This document shows positions 20,632 through 28,764 of a stretch of 64,000 bases of DNA, piece after piece. How positions within the stretch are numbered: position 1 is the first letter of the stretch; every line of letters starts with the position of its first letter. The DNA lies in contig CAJMFH010000001.1 in assembly GCA_905212635.1 (NCBI GenBank), positions 17,576 through 81,575 on the forward strand. The letters run 5' to 3'. Made by a program: the position numbers and the translations under genes. The stretch is from an uncultured Lachnoclostridium sp. (GTDB taxonomy: Bacteria; Bacillota; Clostridia; Lachnospirales; Lachnospiraceae). Under the pieces are notes generated by a model. That model made no database searches. It was not told the DNA's origin and was given only the letters and a program-made list of their open reading frames with translations.

Positions 20632-21117
20632 ATGACACAAGAACATTTTTATTTTTTAAAAGACGAATATTGTGAAAAGTACGGAACATATGGTGTGATG
20701 AAAAACAAGGAAAATATTGATGGTCAAGAACATAAACGCCCTTGTTTTTATGCAATAAAAGATAGGGTGGATGATATTTATTGGATGATTCCTATTTCAT
20801 CCCAAATAACAAAATATCAAAACGTTTTGAATCAAAAACTGCAAAAATATCCTGTCTATGACGGATTGGAATTTGGATATGTCCGTGGCAGGCGTGCGGC
20901 ATTTTTACTTCAAAATCTGTGTCCGGTAACGGAAAAGTATATCGCGGAAGAATACATAGATAGGAACAGCAATAAACCGGTCATGGTAAATAGCAATGCT
21001 ATTAAAAACAAAATAAGGAAAAAGGCAAACAAATTAATCCAATTGACAAAACAGGGTAAAAAAGTAACGATAACAAATGCTTCTGAAATATATAGGGATT
21101 TATTAGAGGAGAACTAA
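20632..21117 (+). CDS. Type III TA toxin endoribonuclease, CptN-like
   Basis: 161 aa with FYFLKDEY, RPCFY, YWMIPISS, AFLLQNLCPVTEKYI..EY, a motif set recognised from CptN-family toxins. Sits after repeats and terminator. Confidence 0.88.
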   Translation: MTQEHFYFLKDEYCEKYGTYGVMKNKENIDGQEHKRPCFYAIKDRVDDIYWMIPISSQITKYQNVLNQKLQKYPVYDGLEFGYVRGRRAAFLLQNLCPVTEKYIAEEYIDRNSNKPVMVNSNAIKNKIRKKANKLIQLTKQGKKVTITNASEIYRDLLEEN

Positions 21118-21224
21118 TATATTCAAAATTTTTTCACTTGCGTTTTCTATATATTTACTAAATAATGATTTAAGAAAAATAATTGAAAATTGGAAAGATA
21201 CGAGCAAAAATAAACTTAATAAAA

Positions 21225-21293
21225 AAATCTATTCCATCTAATTTACAAGTTTTATGCTCCAAATGCAACGGAAAAAAATCAAACAAAGTATAA
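21225..21293 (+). pseudogene. C-terminal fragment of an HNH endonuclease gene
   Basis: Reads KSIPSNLQVLCSKCNGKKSNKV-stop (NLxxLCxxCNxxK HNH tail). In-frame stop at 21180 and no upstream DH motif. Confidence 0.65.
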
Positions 21294-21295
21294 CG

Positions 21296-21324
21296 TACAA
21301 CCACCAGCTCGGCCGGTGGTTGTA
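21296..21324. terminator. Hairpin between the accessory patch and the convergent DUF4317-like gene
   Basis: TACAACCACC / GGTGGTTGTA inverted repeat. Confidence 0.55.
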
Positions 21325-21331
21325 ATCATCC

Positions 21332-22462
21332 CTACATCGGATTTGCCACCCGGATTCCATTCACCTCCACCTCGTCGCTGCACTCAATAACAATACACGG
21401 CACACCGTCAATAATCTGCGTATTGACAAGATCGGTCCGGTCCGGATTTACCTGAATGGTGACGTTCGGAGTTCGAACTTCAAATTTGCGGAGATTGGCG
21501 ATATTATCTGCGACCAGTTTCTGATCTTCCCCGATATTTTCGGTAAATTTTTCTTCAAAAACATCAATTTTTTCTTCCGAAACCCCACAGGAAGAGAGAA
21601 TCTTTTTGACATCTTCTTTGTCCAGTTCGAGTGGCTCCGGATTTTCCTTATTTTCCTCGATCATTTCATTTAAGTTCTCATGCAGATTTTTCACCATCTC
21701 GTAATCGCAGGTTGTTCCGAGAGATTCTTCCACCAAAGCGTGGAACGTTTCCTTTTGTTCTTTGGCAGGAATTGGAAATGTGCAGCCAAGCAGCTGATAG
21801 GAAAAATCAATATCAACTTCATCGGCATTTTTTGCATAATAAAGCAGACTGTGGATGTCTGTATTGCGGTCGTTGAATGCCGGGAAGAGAAATCCGTTTG
21901 CCGGTGCCTGTACGATCCAGTCGCGGTCGCAGTCTTCAATGCTGTTATTTTCCGGATTGTAGCAAAGGCCGGCCTTAGACAGTTTTACCGGACATATACT
22001 GCAAAGGATAAAATTATATACATAATCGGATGCGTCTTCATTTTCGATTCCATCCGCTGTGATTGATGGGATATCGTAAGCGGTGTGGATCAATACAATA
22101 AGATAATTTCCGGTATATTCATACGTTTTGATCACCATATCATAAAATTCATCCAGAAGAGCGTCGTCCTGCAAACCACTGTCTACAAGTTTCATCATAA
22201 ATTTCTGCTTGCCATCGTCGTTGGTTTCTTCTTCCATGGGAAATTCCATATTCATAAGATTTTTGCCAAGTGTGCCGGACATCGTTTTGCGAAAAATATC
22301 CACGTATTTAAACATTTCCTCTTCCGGAAGAGAGTAAAAGGCCTCCTTTAACTCGACGCGCTTATTCTTTTCGCCATCCACATAACAGCCGCAGATTCTT
22401 GTGATGCCATTGTCGTCTTTTTTGAAAATTTTCTTTATTTCTGTAACTTCTGTTTTATTCAT
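21332..22462 (-). CDS. Conserved clostridial protein, DUF4317-like
   Basis: N-terminus MNKTEVTEIKK..ITRICGCYVD and GFLFPAFNDR, recalled from this family. AAGGAG RBS. Confidence 0.75.
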   Translation of the reverse strand: MNKTEVTEIKKIFKKDDNGITRICGCYVDGEKNKRVELKEAFYSLPEEEMFKYVDIFRKTMSGTLGKNLMNMEFPMEEETNDDGKQKFMMKLVDSGLQDDALLDEFYDMVIKTYEYTGNYLIVLIHTAYDIPSITADGIENEDASDYVYNFILCSICPVKLSKAGLCYNPENNSIEDCDRDWIVQAPANGFLFPAFNDRNTDIHSLLYYAKNADEVDIDFSYQLLGCTFPIPAKEQKETFHALVEESLGTTCDYEMVKNLHENLNEMIEENKENPEPLELDKEDVKKILSSCGVSEEKIDVFEEKFTENIGEDQKLVADNIANLRKFEVRTPNVTIQVNPDRTDLVNTQIIDGVPCIVIECSDEVEVNGIRVANPM

Positions 22463-22506
22463 CTTTATTCTCCTTTTCTATTATCGTTGGTTCCCTAATA
22501 TCACAC

Positions 22507-22551
22507 AAAAAGATTATATCATATTTTAAAAAAATGTGGTATAATCTTTTT
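22507..22551. promoter_or_regulatory. Palindromic back-to-back extended -10 promoters
   Basis: TGGTATAAT on + (-10 at 22540-22545) and TGATATAAT on - (-10 at 22518-22513), within a repeat with 21-bp arms. Confidence 0.65.
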
Positions 22552-22577
22552 TAATAAACAGGAAAGAAGGTATACGT

Positions 22578-23771
22578 ATGTCACTCAATGATACCCCCTC
22601 TGCCAATCGGATCCATATCGGTTTTTTCGGCTGCCGCAATGCCGGAAAATCAAGCGTTGTCAATGCCATTACCGGGCAGGAACTGGCGGTTGTATCGGAT
22701 GTCCTCGGAACCACGACCGATCCGGTGCAAAAAGCGATGGAACTCCTTCCATTAGGGCCGGTTATGATCATTGATACTCCCGGCTTTGACGATGTGGGCG
22801 AACTGGGTGAAAAACGAATCCAAAAGACAAAACAGATCTTAAACCGAACCGATATCGCCGTTCTTGTTGTAGATGCAAAAAAAGGATTAACAGCGACAGA
22901 CAAACAGCTGCTTGCATTGATTCAGGAAAAAGAACTGCCGTATCTTATCATTTATAATAAATCCGACCTTTTGGAAAACATTCCGGCAAAAGAGGAGCAC
23001 AGTATCTATATCAGTGCTTTGCAGAAACAGGGCATTCAGGAGTGCAAGGAAAAACTTGCTCATCAGATTTCCACAGAAGATATGACACTTCAGATCGTAG
23101 GAGATCTTTTGAATCCGGGAGACCTTGCCGTGCTTGTTATTCCGATCGATTCCGCTGCACCAAAAGGCCGTCTGATCCTGCCACAGCAGCAGGTGATCCG
23201 GGATATTCTTGAGGCAGGGGCTGCCGCAGTGACCGTAAGAAATACAGAGCTTGCACAAACTTTACAAAAATTGGAAAGTAAAGTTCGTATGGTAATCACG
23301 GATAGTCAGGCATTTGAAGAAGTTGCAGCAATTGTGCCAAAAGAAATCCCCTTGACATCATTTTCCATCCTGATGGCTCGTTTTAAAGGGTATCTGGAAA
23401 CTGCGGTTAAAGGGATTCAGGCAGTAGATTTGCTGAAAGACGGAGACCGCATCCTGATTTCGGAAGGCTGTACACATCACCGTCAATGCGAAGATATTGG
23501 CACCGTAAAACTGCCAAACTGGCTTTTAAAATATACCGGGAAAAATCTGACATTCGAATGGAGCTCCGGCCGTGAATTTAAAGAGGATCTATCCCCTTAT
23601 GCGATGGTCATTCACTGCGGAGGGTGTATGCTCAATGAGAGAGAAGTGAAATACCGTATGAAATGCGCAGTTGATCAAGGCATTCCATTTACCAATTATG
23701 GAATTGCGATTGCCTATATGAAAGGGATCTTACAGCGAAGTATTGAACCGATTCCTAATCTTCCTCAATAA
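22578..23771 (+). CDS. hydF: [FeFe]-hydrogenase H-cluster maturation GTPase
   Basis: GCRNAGKS, DTPG, NKSD, APKGRLILPQQQ, and cluster ligands EGCTHH and HCGGC. Confidence 0.95.
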   Translation: MSLNDTPSANRIHIGFFGCRNAGKSSVVNAITGQELAVVSDVLGTTTDPVQKAMELLPLGPVMIIDTPGFDDVGELGEKRIQKTKQILNRTDIAVLVVDAKKGLTATDKQLLALIQEKELPYLIIYNKSDLLENIPAKEEHSIYISALQKQGIQECKEKLAHQISTEDMTLQIVGDLLNPGDLAVLVIPIDSAAPKGRLILPQQQVIRDILEAGAAAVTVRNTELAQTLQKLESKVRMVITDSQAFEEVAAIVPKEIPLTSFSILMARFKGYLETAVKGIQAVDLLKDGDRILISEGCTHHRQCEDIGTVKLPNWLLKYTGKNLTFEWSSGREFKEDLSPYAMVIHCGGCMLNEREVKYRMKCAVDQGIPFTNYGIAIAYMKGILQRSIEPIPNLPQ

Positions 23772-24024
23772 CGTGGATCTCAAGATAATCAAATTCGATG
23801 CCGTCGATAAAATTATCGCTGCGAAAGCGGGTTTTGTCGACGCGCTTGAATTCTTCAATATTATGTTCCAGCCAGATTGGTTTGGAAAGATCAAATTCAT
23901 AGCACACTTCTTCCAGTGCTGCAAATACTTTTTTTGTCCGCGTCATCTCCGTGGAATCATTTTCCACAACCATGTCCCGGATCATTCGATTGCTTTTAAA
24001 TTCTTTTGCCCATAAACGAAACAT
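23755..24024 (-). CDS. Small conserved hypothetical protein
   Basis: 89 aa with an AAGGA RBS and protein-like composition. Overlaps the hydF 3' end by 17 nt. Confidence 0.7.
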   Translation of the reverse strand: MFRLWAKEFKSNRMIRDMVVENDSTEMTRTKKVFAALEEVCYEFDLSKPIWLEHNIEEFKRVDKTRFRSDNFIDGIEFDYLEIHVIEED

Positions 24025-24201
24025 CTGTTAAAATTCCTTTCTTTTATCATTTCCGTATCCATACTTTTTACTGATTATACTTTGATTTTTCGAAAAAGTA
24101 AAGAATTATTTGACTTTACTGTCATTTTCTTATAAAATTATATTGTATGCGTAAATGGATTTTTATGCATGGAGGTAAGGAGAAAGGTTGGCGAATAAAC
24201 T

Positions 24202-24882
24202 ATGTTAGAACAGGAAGTTGACACCTCTTTGTTAAATCAGATATATATACCGGCAGATGCAGGACATGTATTTATCGATCAGGAGACCGAATTCCGGCAG
24301 ATGATGATGATGTACAGTTGTGCGATCAAAGAGATAAAGACCAAATTACAAGTATTAAATGATGAATTATCCATAAAAAGACAGAGAAATCCGATTGAAT
24401 TTATCAAAACCCGTGTTAAGCAGCCCGACAGCATTGCGAGCAAACTCCGGAGAAAAGGCTATCCGGTCACGGTACAATCGGTATTTGAAAATCTTTCGGA
24501 TGTGGCAGGGGTTCGCGTCATCTGTGCTTTTATTGATGATATCTATAAAGTGGCAGACATGCTTACCGCACAGGATGACATTGAATTGATCAAGCGCAAA
24601 GACTATATTAAAAACCCTAAAATGAATGGTTATCGAAGCCTTCATCTGATTATTGAAGTTCCGGTCTTTTTCTCGGATCACAAAGAACAGATCCGGGTGG
24701 AAGTGCAGATCCGGACGATTGCGATGGACTTCTGGGCAAGTCTCGAACACCAGCTGAAATATAAAAAAGATATTGATGATGCGGAAAGTATTATGTATGA
24801 ACTGCGCGCCTGCGCTGATGTGATCAATCGAACCGATTACCATATGCAGTCCCTGCGTGACCGTATCGTAGAAAATTCATAA
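24202..24882 (+). CDS. Small alarmone synthetase (RelP/RelQ-like GTP pyrophosphokinase)
   Basis: RVKQPDSIASK, DVAGVR, GYRSLH, EVQIRTIAMDFWASLEH motifs. Confidence 0.92.
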   Translation: MLEQEVDTSLLNQIYIPADAGHVFIDQETEFRQMMMMYSCAIKEIKTKLQVLNDELSIKRQRNPIEFIKTRVKQPDSIASKLRRKGYPVTVQSVFENLSDVAGVRVICAFIDDIYKVADMLTAQDDIELIKRKDYIKNPKMNGYRSLHLIIEVPVFFSDHKEQIRVEVQIRTIAMDFWASLEHQLKYKKDIDDAESIMYELRACADVINRTDYHMQSLRDRIVENS

Positions 24883-24903
24883 AATAACTATTAGGAGGTT
24901 GCT

Positions 24904-25740
24904 ATGAGCATTCGAATTGATGGAAAACAGATTTCCGCACAGATAAAAGACGAATTAAAAGAAAGAGTGAAAAAGGAAAATCTGGAAGTTACTCTGGCTG
25001 TGATTCAGGTAGGAAACGATCCTGCTTCGACCGTTTATGTTGGAAATAAGAAAAAGGCCTGTGAATATATCGGAATCCGTTCCCTGGCTTATGAACTGCC
25101 GGAGGAAACACCGGAAGAAGAACTGCTGCAATTGATCCGGCAGTTAAATGACAGAGACGATGTCAATGGTATTCTGGTACAGCTTCCATTGCCGGCTCAT
25201 ATGGACGAAGACAAAGTGATCCGTACAATTTCACCGCAAAAAGATGTGGATGGATTTCATCCACAGAGTGTCGGTGCACTCAGCATCGGACAGCCGGGCT
25301 TTGTTTCCTGTACACCAGCTGGTGTAATTCAGTTGTTAAAACGTACCGGTGTTGAAATCGACGGAAAAGAATGTGTGATCGTCGGCCGGAGCAATATTGT
25401 CGGAAAACCGATGGCACTTCTGATGCTTCGGGAAAATGCAACTGTTACGGTCTGCCATTCCCATACCAAAGATCTGAAAGAAGTGACAAAACGGGCAGAT
25501 ATTCTGATCGTTGCGATCGGAAAACCAAAATTTATTACCAAAGAATACGTCAAAGAAGGCGCAGTCGTTATTGATGTCGGAATCCACCGCGGCGCAGATG
25601 GCAAACTTTGCGGAGATGTGGATTATGACGACGTGGCTTCAATCACTCATGCCATTACTCCGGTACCGGGTGGTGTCGGACCGATGACGATCGCCATGCT
25701 TATGAATAACTGCGTAGAAGCGAAAGGATTACAGGAATGA
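24904..25740 (+). CDS. folD: Methylene-THF dehydrogenase/cyclohydrolase
   Basis: KDVDGFH, GRSNIVGKP, PGGVGPMT motifs. Confidence 0.97.
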   Translation: MSIRIDGKQISAQIKDELKERVKKENLEVTLAVIQVGNDPASTVYVGNKKKACEYIGIRSLAYELPEETPEEELLQLIRQLNDRDDVNGILVQLPLPAHMDEDKVIRTISPQKDVDGFHPQSVGALSIGQPGFVSCTPAGVIQLLKRTGVEIDGKECVIVGRSNIVGKPMALLMLRENATVTVCHSHTKDLKEVTKRADILIVAIGKPKFITKEYVKEGAVVIDVGIHRGADGKLCGDVDYDDVASITHAITPVPGGVGPMTIAMLMNNCVEAKGLQE

Positions 25741-27080
25741 TGCACATTTATTTTGTCTCTTTAGGTTGTGACAAAAATCTGGTTGACAGTGAAAAAATGC
25801 TGGCACTTCTTGCCAAAGAAGGCTATGAATTGACCGATGAACCGGAACAGGCAGAAATCATCGTCGTCAATACATGTGCGTTTATCCACGATGCCAAACA
25901 GGAGAGCATTGAAACCCTGTTAGAACTGGCAGAATACAAAAAGACAGGAAAATGTAAAGTACTGATTGCTTCCGGCTGTCTTGCAGAACGTTATCAGGAT
26001 ACGATTCTGGAAGAAATGCCGGAGATTGACGGTGTGATTGGAACGACTGCCTACGATGACATTGCGGTCGTTGTGAAAAAGGCACTGGGCGGAGAGCATA
26101 CGTCGCTGACAAAAGAACTGGATTATCTTCCGGTTCATCTGACCGACCGTGTTACTTCCGGTATGTCGCATGTTGGATATTTAAAGATCAGCGAAGGCTG
26201 CAATAAAAACTGTACGTATTGTATTATTCCTTCCATGCGTGGCCATTATCGAAGTGTCCCGATGGAAGATTTGATTGAAGAAGCGGAAAAACTTGCGGAA
26301 AAAGGAATTCGGGAATTGATCCTGGTGGCACAGGAAACTACATTATACGGTGTAGATCTCTACCATGAGAAAAAACTTCCGGAACTGCTTTGCCGTTTGT
26401 CCGAAATCCGTGATATTGCATGGATTCGCGTTTTGTACTGTTACCCGGAAGAGATTACATTAGAACTGGCACAGGAACTTCGTAACAATCCGAAAGTGTG
26501 TCACTATCTGGATCTTCCGATCCAGCATTGTAACGACGATGTCCTGAAACGCATGGGACGCCGCACGACAAAAGCAGAATTGATTGAAAAGATCAAGATG
26601 CTTCGAACAGAAATTCCGGATATTGCCCTGCGAACCACACTCATCAGCGGCTTTCCGGGTGAAACCAGCGAACAGCATGAGGAATGTATCGAATTTGTGC
26701 GGGAGATGAAATTTGACCGCCTTGGTGTCTTTCCTTATTCGGAAGAAGAAGGTACAAAAGCAGCAAATTATCCGGAACAGATTGATATGGAACTCCGCCG
26801 CCAGTGGGCAGACGAGATCATGGAAGCACAGCAGGAAGTGATCTTTGCACAAAATGAAACACTGATAGGAAAAACTTACGATGCCATCGTAGACGGTTAT
26901 CTGCCGCAGGATGATGTATATGTTGCCCGAACCTACCGGGATACTCCGGAGATCGACGGATGTATCTTCTTTCAGGTGCCATATGAAATCGTATCAGGAA
27001 CCATGGTAAAACTTTTAGTTACCGATGCGAAGGGCTATGATCTGATCGGTGAAATATGTAGTGAGGAGGATGATAAATGA
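25737..27080 (+). CDS. rimO: Ribosomal protein S12 methylthiotransferase
   Basis: SLGCDKNLVDSE, radical SAM CNKNCTYC, TRAM domain with PEIDG. Confidence 0.95.
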   Translation: MMHIYFVSLGCDKNLVDSEKMLALLAKEGYELTDEPEQAEIIVVNTCAFIHDAKQESIETLLELAEYKKTGKCKVLIASGCLAERYQDTILEEMPEIDGVIGTTAYDDIAVVVKKALGGEHTSLTKELDYLPVHLTDRVTSGMSHVGYLKISEGCNKNCTYCIIPSMRGHYRSVPMEDLIEEAEKLAEKGIRELILVAQETTLYGVDLYHEKKLPELLCRLSEIRDIAWIRVLYCYPEEITLELAQELRNNPKVCHYLDLPIQHCNDDVLKRMGRRTTKAELIEKIKMLRTEIPDIALRTTLISGFPGETSEQHEECIEFVREMKFDRLGVFPYSEEEGTKAANYPEQIDMELRRQWADEIMEAQQEVIFAQNETLIGKTYDAIVDGYLPQDDVYVARTYRDTPEIDGCIFFQVPYEIVSGTMVKLLVTDAKGYDLIGEICSEEDDK

Positions 27081-27631
27081 ATAACATACCGAATAAATTA
27101 ACCATGATTCGTGTGATTTTGATTCCATTCTTTATTGTATTTATGTTATGGGATGCCGTTCCCTATAGCGATTATATTGCTGCCGCAGTATTTATTCTCG
27201 CCTGCATTACGGACTTTCTGGACGGATATCTTGCCAGAAAATATAACGAAACAACAACCTTCGGAAAATTTATGGATCCACTGGCAGATAAACTGCTTGT
27301 CTGTTCAGCATTGATCTGTTTTGCAGCCGACCCCGAATGTGTGATGCCTGCCTGGGCGGTCATCGTCATCATTGCCCGTGAATTTATCATCAGCGGCTTC
27401 CGGTTGATCGCGGCAGAAAAGGGAATTGTCATTGCTGCCAATTATTGGGGAAAGGTAAAAACCGTGGTACAAATGATTATGTCCATTGTTCTTATCCTTG
27501 ATTTTTCCTTTTCCGGTGTCGAAATTGTGGAATGGATATTGATCTGGGCTGCCGTTGCGCTGACCATCATATCCCTGCTGGATTATATTTATAAAAACCG
27601 TGCCGTATTAAGTGATACGGAAACGCTGTAA
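27077..27631 (+). CDS. pgsA: CDP-diacylglycerol--glycerol-3-phosphate 3-phosphatidyltransferase
   Basis: PNKLT and TDFLDGYLARK..FGKFMDPLADK motifs. Confidence 0.96.
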   Translation: MNNIPNKLTMIRVILIPFFIVFMLWDAVPYSDYIAAAVFILACITDFLDGYLARKYNETTTFGKFMDPLADKLLVCSALICFAADPECVMPAWAVIVIIAREFIISGFRLIAAEKGIVIAANYWGKVKTVVQMIMSIVLILDFSFSGVEIVEWILIWAAVALTIISLLDYIYKNRAVLSDTETL

Positions 27632-27720
27632 AGGATGGCTTATCAAAGAATTAACAAAAGAGATTATATTTATAAAAACCGTGCCGTATTAAGTGATACG
27701 GAAACGCTGTAAAGGATGGC
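27581..27720 (+). repeat. Direct duplication: identical 59-nt copies, 81-nt period
   Basis: GATTATATTTATAAAAACCG...TAAAGGATGGC at 27581-27639 and 27662-27720. Confidence 0.95.
27635..27712 (+). CDS. Duplication-derived 25-aa mini-ORF (MAYQRINKRDYIYKNRAVLSDTETL)
   Basis: Uses a copy of the cinA start context and ends with a copy of the pgsA C-terminus. Expression unknown. Confidence 0.35.
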   Translation: MAYQRINKRDYIYKNRAVLSDTETL

Positions 27721-28201
27721 GATTTCAATGGAAACTCTGGAACAATGGCTTGTCAAAGAATTGACAAAAAGAAATGCTACGATAACAACAGCAGAGTCAT
27801 GTACAGGAGGATTGATCTCCGGGCGTATCGTAAACGCCAGCGGAGCTTCCGGTGTATTTCACCAGGCATTTGTAACCTATTCCAATGAAGCAAAACAAAC
27901 TCTTCTTGGCGTAAAAGAAGAAACATTGGATACGGTAGGTGCTGTCAGTGAAGAAACTGCCCGACAGATGGCAGAAGGCGCAGCAAAAGCGGCGAACGCC
28001 GAGGTGGCACTGAGTGCTACGGGAATCGCCGGCCCGGATGGAGGAACTGCCGAAAAACCGGTTGGACTGGTTTATCTCGGTTGTTACTGCATGGGAAAAA
28101 CTTTTGTGGAACGACATGTTTTTAAAGGAGACCGGAGCGAAGTACGGAATGCCGCAGTGGAAGCAGCATTGGCTCTTGCAAAAAAAGCATTAAAGGAGTG
28201 A
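27716..28201 (+). CDS. CinA C-terminal domain / NMN deamidase (PncC-like)
   Basis: AESCTGG, YSNEAK, GAVSEE, TGIAGPDGG motifs. Confidence 0.92.
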   Translation: MAISMETLEQWLVKELTKRNATITTAESCTGGLISGRIVNASGASGVFHQAFVTYSNEAKQTLLGVKEETLDTVGAVSEETARQMAEGAAKAANAEVALSATGIAGPDGGTAEKPVGLVYLGCYCMGKTFVERHVFKGDRSEVRNAAVEAALALAKKALKE

Positions 28202-28206
28202 ATCCA

Positions 28207-28743
28207 ATGAAGCATTGGTTCTCTTTCGCGTGTATTTTGCTGGTGACGTTGAGTTTGTGTTCCTGTTCCCTGTTGCCTTTTGAAGACACTTCGGATATGG
28301 ATCTGACACAGGAAGAAATTGATTCGGTGCAGGATACGACCCCTGCCTCGATATCAACTCCCCAAAAACGGAATATCAAGACCATTTCCATCTATACGGT
28401 GGATACAGTCAACGAAGAACTTATGCCAATTTCCGTCCCTTTATACGATAATGAAGTAACGCCGGCATTTATTACCGATGAGGTAATAAATAATCTGGAA
28501 GATACGATAAAAGTAACCGAACTTACGGTAGAACGAAGACAGATCTTTGTAACTTTAGATTCCCAGTATGCGCCGGTAAAAAATTGTTCGAAAAAATACG
28601 AGACGCTTGTTTTGGACTGTCTGGCAAACAGCCTTTTGGACAATCTTTCTTATGTGGATGATGTGATCTTCCGCTGTGACACAGGAGCTTATCATTCTGC
28701 CAACTATGAATTTGATGAAAACGAAGTTTATCGCTCCAAATAA
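28207..28743 (+). CDS. Lipoprotein, possibly GerMN-like
   Basis: Lipobox LCSC. C-terminal ETLVLDCLANSLLDN..V.DV.F resembles GerMN domains. Confidence 0.6.
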   Translation: MKHWFSFACILLVTLSLCSCSLLPFEDTSDMDLTQEEIDSVQDTTPASISTPQKRNIKTISIYTVDTVNEELMPISVPLYDNEVTPAFITDEVINNLEDTIKVTELTVERRQIFVTLDSQYAPVKNCSKKYETLVLDCLANSLLDNLSYVDDVIFRCDTGAYHSANYEFDENEVYRSK

Positions 28744-28764
28744 ACGGAAAGCAGGAACGAAATA

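Noticed and set aside
23755..24882. Small alarmone synthetase plus neighbour as a toxSAS TA pair
   Set aside because: The 89-aa gene is divergent, and the synthetase looks like a housekeeping RelP/RelQ type heading the folD operon.
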